32,000 nt of DNA from an uncultured archaeon (lineage in GTDB: Archaea; Iainarchaeota; Iainarchaeia; Iainarchaeales; 0-14-0-20-30-16): contig CAZMGA010000005.1 of the NCBI GenBank assembly GCA_964565725.1, positions 1 through 32,000 on the forward strand, in the 5' to 3' direction. Position 1 is the stretch's first letter, and each line of letters opens with the position of its first letter. The notes under the pieces are model-generated. The model worked only from the letters and a program-made list of their open reading frames with translations, had not been told where the DNA came from and did not search any database. The translations under genes and the position numbers were made by a program. This document shows positions 9,029 through 17,973 of this stretch, one piece after another.

Positions 9029-10303
9029 TTATTCTAAATCAATTGTAGAATCTATTTTAGGAGCTATTGCATCAATACCTAATTTTTCTTTAATATTATT
9101 TGCAAATACATCTATAACTTCATTGTCTCCATGAACACAAATTACTTTTTCAGGATTCATTTGGCTTATACTTCTCATTAAATCATTTTTTCCTATGTGT
9201 GCTGAAAAATCAAAATGTTTTACTTCAAATGGTGCACTAACTAATTTATCTTCTATTGTTAATTTTCCACTATGTAGTAATGTATGTCCATTTGTTCCAG
9301 GCATTTGAAATCCAGTTAATAAAATTTTTGTTCTTTTATCATTTAATTTTCTTTTTAAATAATACATTACTGGGCCACCATCTAACATTCCAGCAGTAGT
9401 TATAATAATGCTTTGTTTTTGAGTTATTTTCTTTCTTTCATTGCTACTATTTACAAAATAAGTATTATCCAATGCATTTTTTAATCTAAAAGAATCTTTA
9501 AAATAACCAGGATATTTCATATATATTTTTGAAACTTTTTGACCCATACCATCTAAATATATTGGTACATCATTAATTTTATATTTGTCTAATATTTCTA
9601 CAATTTCTTGACTTCTTCCAACTGCAAAAGCAGGTATTATTGCTGTACCACCATTTTCTAAAGCTGAATTTACAAAAGAAATAAATTCTTTTTCTACATC
9701 TTTTCTGTTTGGATGGTCTCTATTTCCATAAGTACTTTCAATCATTAAATAATTTGGATTATCAAAATCTAAATCTGCACCACTGTGTAATCCACTTTCT
9801 TCTAATTTAAAATCACCTGTGTATAATAAAGATTTTTTGCCTAAATTTATTTTTGTTAATGCACTACCTAAAATGTGTCCCGCATCAAACATTTCAAAAT
9901 TAATATCTTTATGAATTTGAATGTTTTGTTTGTAATTTACTAAGTTTACAGATCCAAATACATCTTTAATATTTTGTTTTGAATAAGGCATAGGGCTATT
10001 TTCATATTTTGCAATTTTTAAAGTATCTTCCCATAATATATTTGCAATATCTAATGTTGGGGCAGTAGCATAAACAGTAGGTCTATGTTTTTGGAATAAC
10101 CAAGGAATCATACCACAATGATCTAAATGACTATGACTTAAAATCATATGTTTTATTGTAGAGTTTGGTTTTAAAGGGTAGTCTGTTCTATCCTGATTTA
10201 TTTTTAAACCATAATCTAATAATAAGTTGGTATCATTATATTTTACCTCAAATCCTGATCTACCAACTTCATGACCAGCACCTAAGGATCTTATTTTTAT
10301 CAT
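9029..10303 (-). CDS. beta-CASP metallo-beta-lactamase ribonuclease (aCPSF2-like)
   Basis: LGAGHEVGRSGF, SHSHLDHCG, ESTYGNRDH, FSAHIGKNDL, CVHGD. Confidence 0.9.
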   Translation of the reverse strand: MIKIRSLGAGHEVGRSGFEVKYNDTNLLLDYGLKINQDRTDYPLKPNSTIKHMILSHSHLDHCGMIPWLFQKHRPTVYATAPTLDIANILWEDTLKIAKYENSPMPYSKQNIKDVFGSVNLVNYKQNIQIHKDINFEMFDAGHILGSALTKINLGKKSLLYTGDFKLEESGLHSGADLDFDNPNYLMIESTYGNRDHPNRKDVEKEFISFVNSALENGGTAIIPAFAVGRSQEIVEILDKYKINDVPIYLDGMGQKVSKIYMKYPGYFKDSFRLKNALDNTYFVNSSNERKKITQKQSIIITTAGMLDGGPVMYYLKRKLNDKRTKILLTGFQMPGTNGHTLLHSGKLTIEDKLVSAPFEVKHFDFSAHIGKNDLMRSISQMNPEKVICVHGDNEVIDVFANNIKEKLGIDAIAPKIDSTIDLE

Positions 10304-10307
10304 TTTT

Positions 10308-10415
10308 TCACCTTTTTTTTGTTTTTTTATTTAAAGATAGTAGTAGGTGTGCTAATAAAAGCCCTAAAACTATAATTATTAATATAATAGTAATAACAAT
10401 TAGTATCGTATTCAT
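10308..10415 (-). CDS. candidate 35-aa single-TM microprotein (not in ORF track)
   Basis: MNTILIVITIILIIIVLGLLLAHLLLSLNKKTKKR; TATA-like GTTTATAAAC (10441-10450) about 30 nt upstream of the ATG; its stop overlaps the AGGTGA Shine-Dalgarno of the downstream gene. Confidence 0.4.
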   Translation of the reverse strand: MNTILIVITIILIIIVLGLLLAHLLLSLNKKTKKR

Positions 10416-10440
10416 AATATATATTAACAATAACAATATT

Positions 10441-10450
10441 GTTTATAAAC
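10441..10450 (-). promoter_or_regulatory. TATA-box-like element
   Basis: GTTTATAAAC, identical to the 10-mer upstream of 5S rRNA (11395-11404). Confidence 0.45.
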
Positions 10451-10454
10451 TTTT

Positions 10455-11234
10455 TTATTTAAAGTCAAAATTAGAAAATATTTTTTTTAAATTATTTCCT
10501 AAAATTTTTATCATTTCTTCTTTATTTATAGAAAAATCTTCACAGTATTTATCAAATATTTTTTTAATTTGGCTGGGTTCTTGTAATATATTTGATACTG
10601 TTGCGGGATAATCAGTTTCAAATAAAATTTGTTCTTTTGGAACGTTTTTTATTATTTCTTTTACATTCTCATCATATAAGTATTTTGGACCTATTGTAAT
10701 GAAATATCCTTTTTCAACTGCTTTTTCAACATATTTTTTAGAATCTAAAAACCAATGCATTATTACTTTATTATAATTAAAATTATTTAATATTTCTAAA
10801 GTTTGTTTTACAGCAAAGCGAGAATGTATTTCTACATAAAAATCATTTTCTTTTGCAATTTTTAATTGTTCTATAAATGCTTTTTCTTGTAATTCTTTAT
10901 TATATTCAAATTTAAAATCTAATCCAATTTCTCCTATAATTATTCTATTTTCTTCCTTTTTTTCTTTCAACTCTTTAATTTTATCCCTTAAAATATCTAT
11001 TTTTTTTAAATCTTCAGAATTTTTAAATTCTGTTGGAAATATACCTAATCCCATAAATATATTATTATATTTAGAGGCTATCAAAATTGTATTATTTATA
11101 GTAGCTAAATCTACAGAATTATTAATAAAATATTTTATATTTTGATTTTTTGCATTATTAATTATTTTATCTATATTTATTAAATCTAAATTAGAATTTT
11201 CTTCTGATAAATGCAAATGTGCATCAAAAAGCAT
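10455..11234 (-). CDS. TatD family metal-dependent hydrolase
   Basis: DAHLHL, IIGEIGLDF, EIHSR, FETDYP motifs. Confidence 0.88.
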   Translation of the reverse strand: MLFDAHLHLSEENSNLDLINIDKIINNAKNQNIKYFINNSVDLATINNTILIASKYNNIFMGLGIFPTEFKNSEDLKKIDILRDKIKELKEKKEENRIIIGEIGLDFKFEYNKELQEKAFIEQLKIAKENDFYVEIHSRFAVKQTLEILNNFNYNKVIMHWFLDSKKYVEKAVEKGYFITIGPKYLYDENVKEIIKNVPKEQILFETDYPATVSNILQEPSQIKKIFDKYCEDFSINKEEMIKILGNNLKKIFSNFDFK

Positions 11235-11262
11235 AAAACCACAAAAAAAGAATAAATATAAG

Positions 11263-11373
11263 TGTTAACAGAAAATATAAGCTCCGATTCACACCAGTTC
11301 CTATACTTTAAAATTGGCTTAACTTCTGGGTTCGGAATGAGACCAGGTGTACCCCAATTCTTGACCGTTAACA
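11263..11373 (-). rRNA. rrf: 5S ribosomal RNA
   Basis: Minus-strand GTTAACGGTCAAGAATTGGGGTACACCTGGTCTCATTCCGAACCCAGAAGTTAAGCC...GGAACTGGTGTGAATCGGAG...GTTAAC; conserved CATTCCGAACCCAGAAGTTAAG core and complementary termini. Ends approximate. Confidence 0.93.
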
Positions 11374-11394
11374 GATATATATAGGATACAAAAA

Positions 11395-11404
11395 GTTTAT
11401 AAAC
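11395..11404 (-). promoter_or_regulatory. TATA box for 5S rRNA
   Basis: GTTTATAAAC centred about 26 nt upstream of the 5S 5' end. Confidence 0.55.
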
Positions 11405-11408
11405 GTAT

Positions 11409-11618
11409 CTAAAAGTCCTCAAAATCATTATCGTCTTCAAAAACATTTTTATTATGAATTCCTTGTATTTTAATATCTAATGAAAATGGATGCGCTTTAA
11501 TAGTTTGTTTTTTATCTTTATATATAAACAGACTATTTTCACAATATGGGCAAACTACTATTTTATCTTTATCGCCATTTATATTGGCATTACATATCGG
11601 ACAAATTGTTTTAGACAT
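11409..11618 (-). CDS. small zinc-ribbon protein (start revised to MSKTICPICN)
   Basis: CPIC...CPYC motif; acidic C-terminal tail. Confidence 0.6.
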   Translation of the reverse strand: MSKTICPICNANINGDKDKIVVCPYCENSLFIYKDKKQTIKAHPFSLDIKIQGIHNKNVFEDDNDFEDF

Positions 11619-11670
11619 AAGTATCACTTAAAATAAGTATTTATTTATAGAATCATAATGCTTAAAAAGA

Positions 11671-12819
11671 CTATTTTTTTCCAATTATAGTAAATTCTTT
11701 AATATATCCTATTTTTTCAGTTCTATTATAATGGCAGAGTATATTTCTGTTTATTGAAATATCCATTACTTTAAGATTATTTAATTTGTATAATTCTTGT
11801 ATATATTCATAAATATCAAAAATTTCTTTTCCTATTATTCCTCCAGCTATAGTTATACTTATTATACCATTTTTGTTAATTTGTTTTGTTATTAATTTTA
11901 TAAAATCTTCTAATTGCATAAAATATTCTTGTAAAGAATAGTTTTCTGATTTATAGTAATTAGTATTTAAATTTTTAATTTTTTCTGAAAAATAATTTTC
12001 ATAAAAATATTTGTTTTTATTAATTTTAGAATTAATTTCACCTAAATGTTCTTTTAAAATTGTATCTTTATTTAATATTGCCAATTCTAACCCATATCTT
12101 TTTGTATATTCTGTTTTATTTAAATAAGGTGGTGAAGTAATAACATAATCAAATTTTTGTTTATTATCTTCTAAAAATTTAAACACGCTTTTATTATAAA
12201 CTTTTATTTCTGAGTTAGAATTAATCCTTGTTTTTTTTATGTCTTTTACTAATTCTTTGAAAATATTTTCAAATACTTTACTTGTTATTCTTTTTGCTTT
12301 TTTTACTTTTGTTAAACTAGAATTATTTTTATTGGCGTTCATTATTTTTTCAATTGTTTTTAATAATACTAAATAAAAAAAGAATTTTTCATTTTCATTA
12401 ATTTTATCTATATTATTTTTAATATTAATTAAATCTTTTAAATTTTCTGAATAAAAATATTTTTTAATCCATTCTATATTTTGATTTATTGCTAAATTTG
12501 AATCATTTAATATTAATATTTGTGGTAATAAATTGTTTAATAAATTTATATTATAGTTTTGTGTTTTTGCACTACTTACTAAATACATTAAATATGATAC
12601 GTCTGTTCCTATTGCATTAAATTTAAATTCTTTAGAAGTTAATAATGTAGTTCCTGTGCCACAAAAAGGATCATAAACTAAAATATTTTTTTTATTTATA
12701 GGATATTTTTCAAATATTTTTTTAACTAAATCAAAAGAATATGCTTCTGTAAATTCAAACCAATTGTAAATTTTATTATGTTTGTTTCCTTGAAAAGTAC
12801 TATCTAATATTTTTCGCAT
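11671..12819 (-). CDS. DNA (or nucleic-acid) methyltransferase with DPFCGTG and TSPPY motifs
   Basis: DPFCGTGTTLLTSKEF (motif I) then FDYVITSPPYLNKTEY (motif IV). Confidence 0.82.
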   Translation of the reverse strand: MRKILDSTFQGNKHNKIYNWFEFTEAYSFDLVKKIFEKYPINKKNILVYDPFCGTGTTLLTSKEFKFNAIGTDVSYLMYLVSSAKTQNYNINLLNNLLPQILILNDSNLAINQNIEWIKKYFYSENLKDLINIKNNIDKINENEKFFFYLVLLKTIEKIMNANKNNSSLTKVKKAKRITSKVFENIFKELVKDIKKTRINSNSEIKVYNKSVFKFLEDNKQKFDYVITSPPYLNKTEYTKRYGLELAILNKDTILKEHLGEINSKINKNKYFYENYFSEKIKNLNTNYYKSENYSLQEYFMQLEDFIKLITKQINKNGIISITIAGGIIGKEIFDIYEYIQELYKLNNLKVMDISINRNILCHYNRTEKIGYIKEFTIIGKK

Positions 12820-12826
12820 TTTATCA

Positions 12827-13852
12827 CTAATCTATAATTTTAAAATCTATTACAATTTGAATAATATCTGGAGAATAATCTCTAACCTTTCTTTTAAAAA
12901 TAACTTTAATTTTTTTATTTTTCTTTTTTGCAAATTCTTTTAATTCTTTTAAAATCTCTTTGTAAGGATTAATATTATCTACGAATTTATATAATGTAAT
13001 TATACCTGTGTTTTTTTTAATTGCTTTATATGCTGCTTCTAAAAACAAATCAGATGTTTTTGGTAAAGGCATGATAATATAATCACATTTATTTTCTATT
13101 TTTTTTGCATAATTATAAACATCTGCACATATTGGTTTTACATTATTAATTTTATTTAATATAATATTTTCTAAAGCCATTTTATGTGCTTCTTTATTTA
13201 ATTCTATACTATAAACTTTACAATTAGGGTGTTTTTTACCAATTACTATTGAAAAAGGTCCAACTCCTGAAAAAAATACTCCTACTGTTTTGTTATCTTT
13301 AATAAATTCTGAAACTCTTGTTCTTTCAAAAGACAATCTAGTTGAAAAAAACATTTTCCCTAATTCTACTTTAAATTTACAATTATTTTCATTAATTATT
13401 GTTGTAAAAGATTTTTTACCTGCTAAATATTTTACTTTTTCTACTCTATATTCTCCTTCAAAAGGGCTTATTTTTTTAACTATTGTTTTTAATGAAGGAT
13501 TTATTTCTAATAATCTTTTTGCAATTTCTCTTTCCTTTTCTTCCATCTCTTTAGTTATTTTAATTATTGCTATATCTCCTAATGTGTCATAGCTAGAAAT
13601 ATAATCTTTTATTTTAAATTCATTTACTAAAATATCTTTAAAAGATTTTGTAGTAATATATTTTTCTGATTTTTTATTTACTATTTTATATTTTTTTAAT
13701 ATTTTTATTTTAGGATTTAAAGTAGTTATGGGGAAGTAAACATAATTTTTATCATTTTGGGCTTTTATTCCTTTATTATAAATATTATGCTCTATTAATA
13801 TTTTTTTAATATTCTCTGCTTCGTTTTTGTTTGTTTGTATAAAATAAGTCAT
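12827..13852 (-). CDS. trm5: tRNA (guanine37-N1)-methyltransferase Trm5
   Basis: VEKVKYLAG, CKFKVELGKMFFSTRLSFERTRV, VGVFFSGVGPFSI, MPLPKTSDLFL. Confidence 0.9.
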   Translation of the reverse strand: MTYFIQTNKNEAENIKKILIEHNIYNKGIKAQNDKNYVYFPITTLNPKIKILKKYKIVNKKSEKYITTKSFKDILVNEFKIKDYISSYDTLGDIAIIKITKEMEEKEREIAKRLLEINPSLKTIVKKISPFEGEYRVEKVKYLAGKKSFTTIINENNCKFKVELGKMFFSTRLSFERTRVSEFIKDNKTVGVFFSGVGPFSIVIGKKHPNCKVYSIELNKEAHKMALENIILNKINNVKPICADVYNYAKKIENKCDYIIMPLPKTSDLFLEAAYKAIKKNTGIITLYKFVDNINPYKEILKELKEFAKKKNKKIKVIFKRKVRDYSPDIIQIVIDFKIID

Positions 13853-13901
13853 AGAATAATATTATTCTATTTATTAATAAATCTTTCTTTTATATTATAT
13901 T

Positions 13902-14747
13902 ATGACTTTTAATATATCTGAATTTATTTATTTTTATTTTGGTAGAACTATTGCAGAGGATTTAGGGTATAATTTAGTAAATACTTCAGTTTATGCTATT
14001 TTTGCATTATTAATATTTTTTTTTATATTAAAACCCTTTGTTTCTAAGTATTATGGTAAATTAGACAATAAATTTGTATTATTTTCTGTTTTAATAATAA
14101 TTTTTGGTTCTATGTTAAGAGTTTCTGAAGAGTTTTATTCTAATATTCATTGGATTACTCGTTCTATTAATCCTTTAGATTTAGGTTTTTGGTTTATTAC
14201 ACCTGGTATTTATTTAATGATTTTATTTATTGCATTGTATATTATATTAATAAGCTGGTACTTAGAGAAAAAACTAAATATAAATCAAAAGAAATCAATA
14301 ATAATTGTTCCTTTAATATTAAATCTAATTGTTTTTTTAATAGAATTATTTTATATGACTCATTTTTTTAGATTTATTTTGACAATTTTATTAATATTTC
14401 TTGTTTTTTTTATTATTTATTTTATTTGTTTTAAATTTAAAATTAAATTAATAATTTATGAGCGATTTGCAATATTGGCTCAAATAATTGATGGTTTTGC
14501 TACATATTCTGCTTTAAAAATGCCTTATTTTATGGAACAACATGTATTTAGTAATTTTTTAATGCAAAAATTTGGTTTGATTTCTTTTCCTATATTTAAG
14601 ATCTTTTTAGTTTTGTTAATAATTTTTGTTTTAAGAAAAAGTAATTTAAATCAAAATGTAAAAAATTATATTTTATTATTTATAATTTTATTTGGTTTTG
14701 CAACAGGTGTTAGGAATTTATTTAGTATTGCTTTGGTGATGATGTGA
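13902..14747 (+). CDS. DUF63 family membrane protein
   Basis: GxMLRVxEE, WITPGIY, YCTS-like FATYSALKM and multiple TM helices typical of archaeal DUF63. Confidence 0.75.
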   Translation: MTFNISEFIYFYFGRTIAEDLGYNLVNTSVYAIFALLIFFFILKPFVSKYYGKLDNKFVLFSVLIIIFGSMLRVSEEFYSNIHWITRSINPLDLGFWFITPGIYLMILFIALYIILISWYLEKKLNINQKKSIIIVPLILNLIVFLIELFYMTHFFRFILTILLIFLVFFIIYFICFKFKIKLIIYERFAILAQIIDGFATYSALKMPYFMEQHVFSNFLMQKFGLISFPIFKIFLVLLIIFVLRKSNLNQNVKNYILLFIILFGFATGVRNLFSIALVMM

Positions 14748-15865
14748 TATCTTCAAAAGATGAAATAAATAAAAAGAAAAAATATTTTTATGAAAATGTA
14801 TTATATAAAATAAAAGAAAAACAAATTTCTAGTAATACTATTTTTAATTCTACAGATAATGTTTTTGTTACTTTTGGTGACAATAACTTAAAAGTAGGAC
14901 CTGTTTTTTCAAGTTTTGATGCGTCTAAAAGTTATGGTTTAAATTATAAAGATATTGTTGAAAAATTAGCACTAGGTATTAATACTTATAATTTTACTAC
15001 CGTTAAACCAAATTATAGAGATATAGATAAATTGCAAGAAATATCTTTAACAAAAAAACCTATAGATTTAGAAGTATCTTTGGAAAAAAAATTAAATTTT
15101 AATTTTGATATTGATAAAATAACTAATCCTATTGGTTTTAAAGGTAAATTAAAATCTATAGATATTTTAGAAAATCCTAAAATTCCTTGGCAAGTATCAC
15201 AAGTTTTAGATGAAAAACTAAAAGCTGTAGAGGAAATAAAAATATTGCAAGATTATGGTTTTGATAATTATTATTTAACAAAAATAATGTCTACGGCTAA
15301 TTTAGGTTTAGATAAACGTTTAGTTACAACAAGACAAAGTATTACTGCAATAGATGATATTTTAACAAAATCTTTATTAGATAAAATTAAAGATTATGAA
15401 TCAATAAATGGATATTATTTATTTGAGAATTCTTTTTTACATAATAAGTTTTATATCATTTTGTTAGAAGGAAATTGGGAATATGAAGCTTTTGAAATTT
15501 GGCCTAAAGGTTCAGAATGGAATACTACTGATTATAATTATGAGTATGAAAATTTTAATGGTAGAACTAGTTATGCTAAATTACAAGGTGGGGGCTACTA
15601 TGCTGCACGTTTGGGTGTTGCAGAATATTTAGAAAAAATTAAAAAACAAGCAAGAGTTTTAGTTATTCGAGAAATTGATTCTGAATATTTTATTCCTGTG
15701 GGTGTATGGCAAGTTAGAGAAAATGTACGAAATGCATTTTTAAAATATACTCTTTTTAATAGTAAACAAGAAATACAAAACTATTTGCAAAATAAAATTA
15801 AAAATAAAACTATATTAAAAGAATCAAAAATGTTTAAACAATCAAGATTAAACGATTTTTTTTAA
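14744..15865 (+). CDS. nreA: Nre family DNA repair protein with C-terminal PIP box
   Basis: Archaeal Nre signatures (VGPVFSSFDASKSYG, NPKIPWQVS, ARLGVAEYLEKIKKQARVLVIREI, PVGVWQVREN) and C-terminal QSRLNDFF. Confidence 0.85.
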   Translation: MISSKDEINKKKKYFYENVLYKIKEKQISSNTIFNSTDNVFVTFGDNNLKVGPVFSSFDASKSYGLNYKDIVEKLALGINTYNFTTVKPNYRDIDKLQEISLTKKPIDLEVSLEKKLNFNFDIDKITNPIGFKGKLKSIDILENPKIPWQVSQVLDEKLKAVEEIKILQDYGFDNYYLTKIMSTANLGLDKRLVTTRQSITAIDDILTKSLLDKIKDYESINGYYLFENSFLHNKFYIILLEGNWEYEAFEIWPKGSEWNTTDYNYEYENFNGRTSYAKLQGGGYYAARLGVAEYLEKIKKQARVLVIREIDSEYFIPVGVWQVRENVRNAFLKYTLFNSKQEIQNYLQNKIKNKTILKESKMFKQSRLNDFF

Positions 15866-15930
15866 AAAATTTGAGTAATATTTATAAATTATATGTGATA
15901 TACTTAATATAACTTTTTGGGGGTTCTTTT

Positions 15931-16503
15931 ATGAGCATAAGTGCTTTAAAATTATTAGGATTAGATAAAAAATCTAAAAATACAAAAAAAGTAAAATCTA
16001 CAAAACCTGTAAAATCAAAGAAAGTTGTTAAATCTGTTAAACCAACAAAATCTGTAAAAGCTTTAAAATCAAAAAAGGTTGTTAAATCTGTAAAGCCTAC
16101 AAAACCTGTAAAATCAGTAAAATCAAAAAAGGTTGTTAAAGTTGTTAAACCTGTAAAACCTACAAAACCTATAAAATCAGTAAAATCAAAGAAAGTTGTT
16201 AAGGTTGTTAAACCTGTAAAACCTACAAAACCTATAAAATCAGTAAAATCAAAGAAAGTTGTTAAGGTTGTTAAACCTGTAAAACCTACAAAACCTATAA
16301 AATCAGTAAAATCAGATAAAAAAGTAAAGAATGAATCAAAAAAAGAAGTAAAAGAAATTAAAAGAGATGATAATGAATATTTAAAATTATTAGAAAAAAA
16401 GAAGAAAAAAATAAAATCAGATTTTGAAAAATTTTCTCAATCTAAAGAAGATCTAGAAGAATATGATGATTATGATTTATTAGATGATATAGAAGAATAT
16501 TAA
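15931..16503 (+). CDS. Lys/Pro/Val-rich repeat protein with acidic C-terminus (histone H1-like composition)
   Basis: Perfect tandem amino-acid repeats of KSKKVVKVVKPVKPTKPIKSV followed by an EDLEEYDDYDLLDDIEEY tail. Confidence 0.65.
   Translation: MSISALKLLGLDKKSKNTKKVKSTKPVKSKKVVKSVKPTKSVKALKSKKVVKSVKPTKPVKSVKSKKVVKVVKPVKPTKPIKSVKSKKVVKVVKPVKPTKPIKSVKSKKVVKVVKPVKPTKPIKSVKSDKKVKNESKKEVKEIKRDDNEYLKLLEKKKKKIKSDFEKFSQSKEDLEEYDDYDLLDDIEEY
16012..16308 (+). repeat. In-gene tandem repeats: 2 x 54 nt then 3 x 63 nt
   Basis: KSKK starts at residues 28, 46, 64, 85, 106, with KSDK at 127; spacing 18, 18, 21, 21, 21 aa. Confidence 0.92.
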
Positions 16504-17258
16504 ATTAATTTTAAACTTTCTTCTTCATCCATAGTTAATTTACCAATAACTATTATAGTTGAAGGATAATTATAATTAGTTATTTGGTTACTTATTTCTT
16601 TTATTTTATTTATTATTATTTTTTCATTTTTTGAACAAGCTCCACTAACTATAATAACTTGCCAATCGTCTATATTTATATTTTTATATTTAGATATTTC
16701 TAATAATCTTTTTGTTGCTTCGTATGGTTGCATGTAATATTCTTGTTTTTCATCAATTTTTATATCTAATAAACAAATTGTATGTAATCCTAATTTTTTA
16801 TTATCTAAAATATAATCAAAGAAACTATCTGGAGAGTAATTTTCTAATGGCTTAACTATTGAAATAGTTCTACCAAATCTATATTCTTCTAAACCTGTAA
16901 GCATAGGTATAACTGAAAATATACTAATTCCTGCAATTAGTTTATATTTTATATTTTGTTTTTTTAATTCATTTATTATTGTACTATGTGTGGTTGCACT
17001 AGTAATATTTCCATAAACACAAAAAGAAATATTTTGTTTTTTTGATTCTTCAATAATATTTTGAAAACTTAGTTCTGTATTTTCTCTATATAAAGGTATA
17101 AATTTTATGTTATATTCAAATTCTAAATCTTTTAAATTATTTTCAGAATATTTGCTAGTATAGTTTTCAACATATATTTTTTTTGATTCTTTTAATGCTT
17201 TCAAAGCTTCTATACTAATTTGATTTTTATTTAAACCTAAACCAACTATATACAACAT
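16500..17258 (-). CDS. dph5: diphthine synthase
   Basis: MLYIVGLGL, YVENYTSKY, GNITSATTHSTII, LLDIKIDE, VVSGA-like VIIVSGAC, IGKLTMDEEE. Confidence 0.92.
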   Translation of the reverse strand: MLYIVGLGLNKNQISIEALKALKESKKIYVENYTSKYSENNLKDLEFEYNIKFIPLYRENTELSFQNIIEESKKQNISFCVYGNITSATTHSTIINELKKQNIKYKLIAGISIFSVIPMLTGLEEYRFGRTISIVKPLENYSPDSFFDYILDNKKLGLHTICLLDIKIDEKQEYYMQPYEATKRLLEISKYKNINIDDWQVIIVSGACSKNEKIIINKIKEISNQITNYNYPSTIIVIGKLTMDEEESLKLI

Positions 17259-17265
17259 AATATCA

Positions 17266-17922
17266 CTATTTCCATATAAATATTAGTTTGCTATCTATTA
17301 ATAAAATAGTATCTAAAGGTAATAATCCAAAAATATATGGATTATCTATATCTATTTCATTATTATTTAAGTTAATTTTAATTACTTTATTTTTCCCTAT
17401 AATTATTATATTATTACTTTCTAATTTTATTTTTTTTAATTCGTTTATGCCTTCTTTTAAAATATTGAAATATAATCTATTATTTTTAATATATAAATAT
17501 TCATCTCTTATTTTTGCTGTTTGGGAAATATCAAAATCTTCTGGCAATATAACTTTATTTTTGATATTTTCAATTTTATGATTTAATTCTTTAAAGTTTA
17601 ATCTATATTTTTGTTTATTTATATTATATATTAAATTATTCCATGCCTTTTTTCTATCTATTCTACCAATTTTACTATTTTTTTTAAAATATTCTGAATA
17701 ATCATTATTTAAATTAACTTTATCTATATCTTCATGCATTCTTAAATCTTCATATAATTCTTTAACAAAATTTTTGGGATTATCTTTATTTTTTATAATT
17801 TCTGGTCTTATTTTTAATATTTCTTTTATTTTTGTATCTACTTTTATAGCTCTAATTTTATCTTTAATATATAAATCTTGTAGTTCTTGATATATAATTG
17901 ATAATTTCTGTTCTAATTCCAT
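17266..17922 (-). CDS. hypothetical protein, co-directional with dph5
   Basis: 218-aa ORF; no recognised motif. Confidence 0.5.
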   Translation of the reverse strand: MELEQKLSIIYQELQDLYIKDKIRAIKVDTKIKEILKIRPEIIKNKDNPKNFVKELYEDLRMHEDIDKVNLNNDYSEYFKKNSKIGRIDRKKAWNNLIYNINKQKYRLNFKELNHKIENIKNKVILPEDFDISQTAKIRDEYLYIKNNRLYFNILKEGINELKKIKLESNNIIIIGKNKVIKINLNNNEIDIDNPYIFGLLPLDTILLIDSKLIFIWK

Positions 17923-17973
17923 AAATAATAAACTTAAGAATAGTTTATAATTCTTTTTAATTATAATATAATT

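Noticed and set aside
10165-10611. 148-aa plus-strand ORF
   Set aside because: Spans antisense of two well-supported genes and the microprotein gap; low-complexity translation.
11186-11446. 86-aa minus-strand ORF
   Set aside because: Covers the 5S rRNA gene; translation of structural RNA.
13290-13592. 100-aa plus-strand ORF
   Set aside because: Antisense to trm5.
14189-14371. 60-aa plus-strand ORF
   Set aside because: Alternative frame inside the DUF63 gene.
16012-16308. CRISPR-like array interpretation of the regular repeats
   Set aside because: Repeats are contiguous, without unique spacers, and translate in frame; coding tandem repeats.
17288-17581. 97-aa plus-strand ORF
   Set aside because: Antisense to 17266-17922; no supporting start signal or motif.
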